From: the human T2T-CHM13v2.0 reference genome, Homo sapiens
Assembly (NCBI RefSeq): GCF_009914755.1
Contig: NC_060932.1
Length of the DNA stretch: 64,000 nt
Reading direction: 5' to 3' (one strand)
The translations under genes were made by a program, and so were the position numbers. Positions 58,581 to 64,000 of this stretch are shown piece by piece. Under the pieces are notes generated by a model that ran no database searches, was not told the DNA's origin, and worked only from the letters and a program-made list of their open reading frames with translations. How positions within the stretch are numbered: position 1 is the stretch's first letter; each line of letters opens with the position of its first letter.

Positions 58581-58947
58581 TGTATTAGTTTGCTCAGGCT
58601 ACCGTGACAAAATGCCACAGTCTGGGTGGCTTAAAGAATAGAAATTTATTTTCTCATGGTTCTAGAGGTTAGAAGTCTGAGATCAGGGTGTTGGCATGTT
58701 TAGTTTCTTTGGAGGCCTCTCTCCTTGGCTTGCAGACGGCTGCCTTCTCTTCCCTGTGTCTTCACATGGTCTTCTCTCTGTGTCTGTGTCCTAATCTCTT
58801 CTCATAAGGACACCAGTCGTATTGGATTAGGGCCCACCCTAACAACCTCATTTTAACTTAATTACCCCTTAAAGACCTTATCTCCAAATATAGTCACATT
58901 CTGAATTACTGAGTGTTGGAACTTCAACACTGGAGGGACACATCACA
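58581..58947 (-). mobile_element. MLT1A/B solo LTR
   Basis: TGTATTAGTTTGCT...CA; perfect 5-bp TSD GACTC. Confidence 0.88.
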
Positions 58948-60942
58948 GACTCCAGCTTATTTTTTTCTTCTGTAGACACTTTTTCAGACAATAGAAGTCC
59001 ATTGTTGTGTTTGTTCATGAAATCTGCTCATAAACATCAATGTATAAAAAGGAATTTTTTCCCCTGGCTTTATTAGTGTAATACTTGTTTTGTTCTGGTA
59101 GAACAATATTGGGAAAATTGTCATTTCTACATTTGCAAATAGTAACAGTTTAAAATAAACAGCTCATATTGCAATCTCTGGATACTCTTCAAATACACTG
59201 ATGCAGAGCCCAAAAGAAAAATAGTTGGATTTAAAAAAAAAACTTGGGTTGAATTACTACCAATATTTAACATCTGTTAATATTCTTTATCGCTAAGAGA
59301 TAAACAAAATAAAACAAAATAAAAAACATCCAAAAATGTATAACAAATGCTAGCGCTATTTGTAATATGATGTTATTGCAAGTCTTGTCATCTCTTTCCT
59401 GGTTACTGTACAACTGACAGATGCTGGGAGACACATGCTCTGAGCAGATATGCATGAGCACAGTCAGTTCATGTTAAAAGAACATACGTGCATGTACAAC
59501 GTTACACGAGGAGTCATACATTGGCCTGGGTTTGTAAAAAGTCCAGACACACAGGCTAATTTACTGGTGTCCTAATGTGTTAAAATGTGACGTATAAGAC
59601 ATTCAATGGTGCATTTAACTTTTTTAAAGGTAAAACTAGTTTTTAAAGATATGTGATTCACATATTTGTCAAACCCTTGTGTAACCTGGGGTTCAGGGGT
59701 ATGCATTTTGAAACTGCCTGCAATATATCTCAGAGCTCTCCACACTTCCCATGTCATTGACAACTGACCCTCGAACTGGTCTGGCTCAGACACCATGGAT
59801 GGCTGGCGGGCGGTTGACACAGGCAGGACCTGGCTTGTGAGCTTATCTCAGATGTATCAGAGCATAAACCGGAGGATGGGAGACCCACTGAGGGAAAAGC
59901 CAGGTATGTGCTTGGAAGAACAATTCCAGGACGATTTGAGCTAAAGGCTTCCTTCTGGGTTCACTAACCCATGGAATTAAAGGGCCATGGGCGAATCCCT
60001 CTTATCTGTTCTCCAGATCAACCACAAACCTGAGCATTCCCCAGGAAGAATCGAGTGTCACTTAAAGGCAACCACTGTCTTTCTGTCTGCTTCCTCCCTC
60101 AATTAGAGAAGGCTTTGTAGCACTGGGACCAAATGAGTCAATAAAAGGGGCTTATTGACCATTTGGCACTCAGATGGGAGCCAGGTCTCTCAGCCTCTTC
60201 CTGGTTCTCATTTATTCTTCCTCCACACCCCTCGCCCCATCTTTTAAACCAATTAAGGGAACTGCAGATTTGGTTCAAGTGCCACAAAAGCTGTTCTTTT
60301 TGAGTAGTGAGTTTTTCAGTCAACGAGGAGAGTCCAGCCAAAATCCCTTTATCTCAAAGACAAACAAAGGAAGCTAATGAGGGAGATGGGAGGATGGGGG
60401 AACAAGGGACATTCTGGAAGCTTTAGCAATTCCTCCGAGGAGATAATGTGATTTTATGCGGGCTGAATGTTGTGCACGGAACCTTTCAGCCAAGAATCTC
60501 GCGATCATGCAGTGTTTATCCACGGGATGGCAACAGAGAGCCATCTATGCCTGCGTCCCGGCTCCTGGAATAACTTCACCTCAATGTTGCTGAAGTTTAA
60601 AATCCCTTTTCTTTATTGAATGGAACAATACCAAGAATTTTGCTTAAGAGGTGTTTGATTCTTGACTGTTTAGAGCCCCCCTTCTCGCTCTGTGCCCACT
60701 TTCTATCTCTTCACATCCACCTGTGGCCACGCTTGTTATTTTTCATTATTAGGAAAATAGGTGTGGATATGGACGGTCACTGTTTTAACCTCCTTAGCAA
60801 ACTGCCAAGGAATATTTTCCTCTTTTCCTTTTAGACAACAGCACATGTTACTCTTTGAAAAAATATTTTTCTTTTAATTGAGAACTAAGTAGCCAACCTT
60901 GCTGCGTATGAAGTTTTTTTTTTGCCTCCTCCCTACAGACAA

Positions 60943-61845
60943 TCAGACCTGTCTTTTGTCAGACTCCAGGCTAAATGTCTCCTTCTTTGGGCAGGTCATT
61001 GCCTCCTGGCCTGGTCTGACCACCGAGAAGACAATGTGAGGTTTTGTGGGAAGTTTGAGAGAAGAGTGAGGAAACTCGAGTGGCTTCCTGCTCTCAAGAG
61101 GGAAAGCCTGGGTGATATGGCGCACACCAAGGCCCGTGGGGGTTGCTGCTCTCCTGGGACTTAATTGATGGTGTTGTTCTAGAAACAAAGAATTGCTGAG
61201 GAGGAGTTGGAGCAAGACAGAGACAGAAAAGGCAGGGACTTCTTGATGTAGCCATCTTGTGAGTTTGAAATAGCTGCATATCTCTTTGGCTCTGAGTGCA
61301 GTCAGTAACGTGTAGGTGCCACTGGCTTGACTATCACATTGGAAAAGAGAGCAGGGGTAAAAATTAAAGAAGAAAGAGAAGACAAGAAAGGAGAGGGAGA
61401 GAGAATAGAAGAAGAATGGAGTGTTCTCATGATAGAGGTCACCTACCGATGCTTGTAAGACAGTCCTTGCTGGAGCTCCCAGAGCCTTCCACGTCACGTC
61501 CGCAGCCTTGCCTGGCTCTCTGCCCAAGTTGTGTGCAGGACACACCAAGAGCCAGATTCCAACCACTGGGGAGTCAAGAGGGCCATGGGCTGGCTGCAGG
61601 GATCCAAGTGGCTGATGGATATCCAGCCCAAGAATCTGTCCCTTGGCCTGGGACTCATAGTGGGAGTCCAGAAAAGACCCCAAATCAGTGTCTGTTGAGC
61701 TGAGAACTGGAGCCGGACTGTACAACTTCCCCTGGGATCCTGAAACCGTCTCCCACAGTGTCAGCCACTGATTGTCCCTGTAGCCTGGAGCTCCAAAGGA
61801 AGGGTCTGAGGCCAGCAGGAGAGGCAGCATGGTCAGAGGAGGCAT
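60943..61845 (-). other. Uncharacterised 300-codon ORF; coding status unsupported
   Basis: ATG-initiated, outside recognisable repeats, no family motif recognised. Confidence 0.15.
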
Positions 61846-61985
61846 GTAGACAAGGGAAAAGGAGAAAGGCCGGTCTGTGAGTGTGCGCTGGAGTGCCAGA
61901 GCATGCTTATTCAGAGGCCCTTAGGTGGGGAGGTCCAGAAATCAGAATCAAAGAAGAGACTTCTCTGGGGACATCTTTTGAATCA

Positions 61986-62339
<354 letters not shown>

Positions 62340-62845
62340 TTATATTCAATCAAATATCACTATTTCATATTTGTATAAACTTATATAACAAGCAAAACAA
62401 AAGAAGGGCCTTCTTGGCCAAGAGCATATTGGAAAGGCAAGACAGGGAAATTCTCTCAAGAGATGACAGAATTTGATTCTGCTTTTGGAGTACATATGAA
62501 ACTGTTTCTGTATTTGAAAGCCAGTTCATACCCATTTATTGTGTTCAGAGCATTGTTGATTTCCTGAATGTTTCATGGCTGGTAACATTGAGGTCAAGGT
62601 ATGGTATGAGCTGTGCCTCTCACACCATTTGATATTTCTGACTTAACCACTGAATTATTTTTGTTTACTTCAACCTTCAACCCTCAGCAAAAATAATACT
62701 ATATATTTGTACAAGACTGAATACAAGTGACTTATCCAGTGTCACCTGTAAGGTGTTAAAGGAGTGGGGCAGAAGTCAGGCAAAACCTAGTGTTTATTTT
62801 ACATTTCAGTTTTGCAGTTATTTATATATATATCTTACAGAATAT

Positions 62846-63019
62846 CCCATCCTGGGCAACATAACAAGACTCCATCTCTGCAAAAAATAAAAAAATTAGC
62901 CAGGTGTGATGGCATGCACCTATAATCTCAGGCTACTTTGAAGGCTGAGACAGGAGGATGGCTTGAGCCCAGGAATTTGAGCTATAATCATGCCACCACC
63001 TGGGTGACAGAAAAAAAAA
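62846..63019 (+). mobile_element. Truncated AluJ
   Basis: Partial dimer; TSD AGAATAT. Confidence 0.85.
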
Positions 63020-64000
63020 GAATATAATGTTTATAAGATACTTTATTAAATATTTCTTATTTTAATTCAATTTTTTAGTTTCTTAGTTGTCCTCCACTCT
63101 CTTTACGCTGTAAAGTGAGACCAGAAAATGAGACATCAGAGAGTGTTGTGATGTTCTATGACCATCCTTGACTGTGTGTGGCAGGGTATGGTTAGGGAAT
63201 GGGAAGACATTAGGGAGGAGTTTGGCCATGGCAAAACTGTAGACCAATTCCATCTTCTTGGTACTGGCACAGCCCCTTAACCTTCATAGTCCTGGCCAAT
63301 ACTTACCACTCTCCTTCTATGACAATTGTTTTATCTACATAAGATATAGTTTTTATGTATCTTAAAATGACTAGACAGCAAACTAAAAGTATTTCTTCTT
63401 ATGCAATGAAATCTGATGTCTAAAAGTCAGAGGTTTAGAGGTTTTTAACTTGGAGATTAGAAGAAGGAATCATTTTTTTAAAGATGAACACTCATAAGGT
63501 ATTATTGTCCTGAAGGATTCTTCGAATATCTTTTGATAATTTTTAACGTAATGAGATTGGGAAATCTCCAAAGCCATAGAACTGCATTGGCAGGCAGTAA
63601 AATGGTTTTTAAATTTTTCAAGTTAGCCACTCTTCGGTTGTTCTCGTATTCTAACTCACCCAGATATCCAGTGGGATTGAGAACTGGCCCTAATGGAACC
63701 TTCAGCAGGAAGACTTCATTACACTATCCCTCATTTAATCTTCTCGCGTAAAATATTCCTAACACCGGGTCCCTTGGCAAACGCCCTAAAGAAGTTTCAT
63801 TTCAATAATATTGCTTTGTATTTATATAACCTCTATATCCAAGGAGCTTAAAAACACTTACGGCCCATGCTTCATTACTTAGTTTAACCAAAAAGACAGT
63901 CAGCCCATTTCATATTAACAAATTTAAGGGCTCCCTTTGGAGACAGGTAGTAATAATAGCACTTGGTATGACACATTTCTCTCCCAGGAAGCTCAAAGTA

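Overview
Primate, most likely human, non-coding genomic DNA that is intergenic or deep intronic and dominated by transposable elements. I count about 44 Alu copies or fragments. There is also one full-length but inactivated L1PA7/8-type LINE-1 (about 5903-12891) fused tail-to-tail to an older inverted L1 fragment, plus several solo LTRs (LTR47-like x2, MER50-like, THE1/MST/MLT), a MaLR provirus relic, a hAT-Tip100 (ORSL-like) DNA transposon, two tRNA-derived MamSINE1-like SINEs, and MIR, L2, L3 and L1M relics. I recognise no known host protein-coding exon, rRNA, functional tRNA or CRISPR array. Almost all listed ORFs are Alu/L1/LTR read-throughs or chance ORFs. I found no convincing new biological system. 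The best leads are: a 300-codon repeat-free ORF (60943-61845, minus strand); a candidate non-coding exon with textbook splice signals (30356-30461); a 44-bp locally templated insertion inside an Alu; a probable L1 insertion-mediated deletion; a MaLR element with mismatched LTRs and a captured genomic segment; and a 3x112-bp amplification inside an LTR. Repeat subfamily names come from memory of consensus sequences, and boundaries are approximate unless a target-site duplication (TSD) is quoted.
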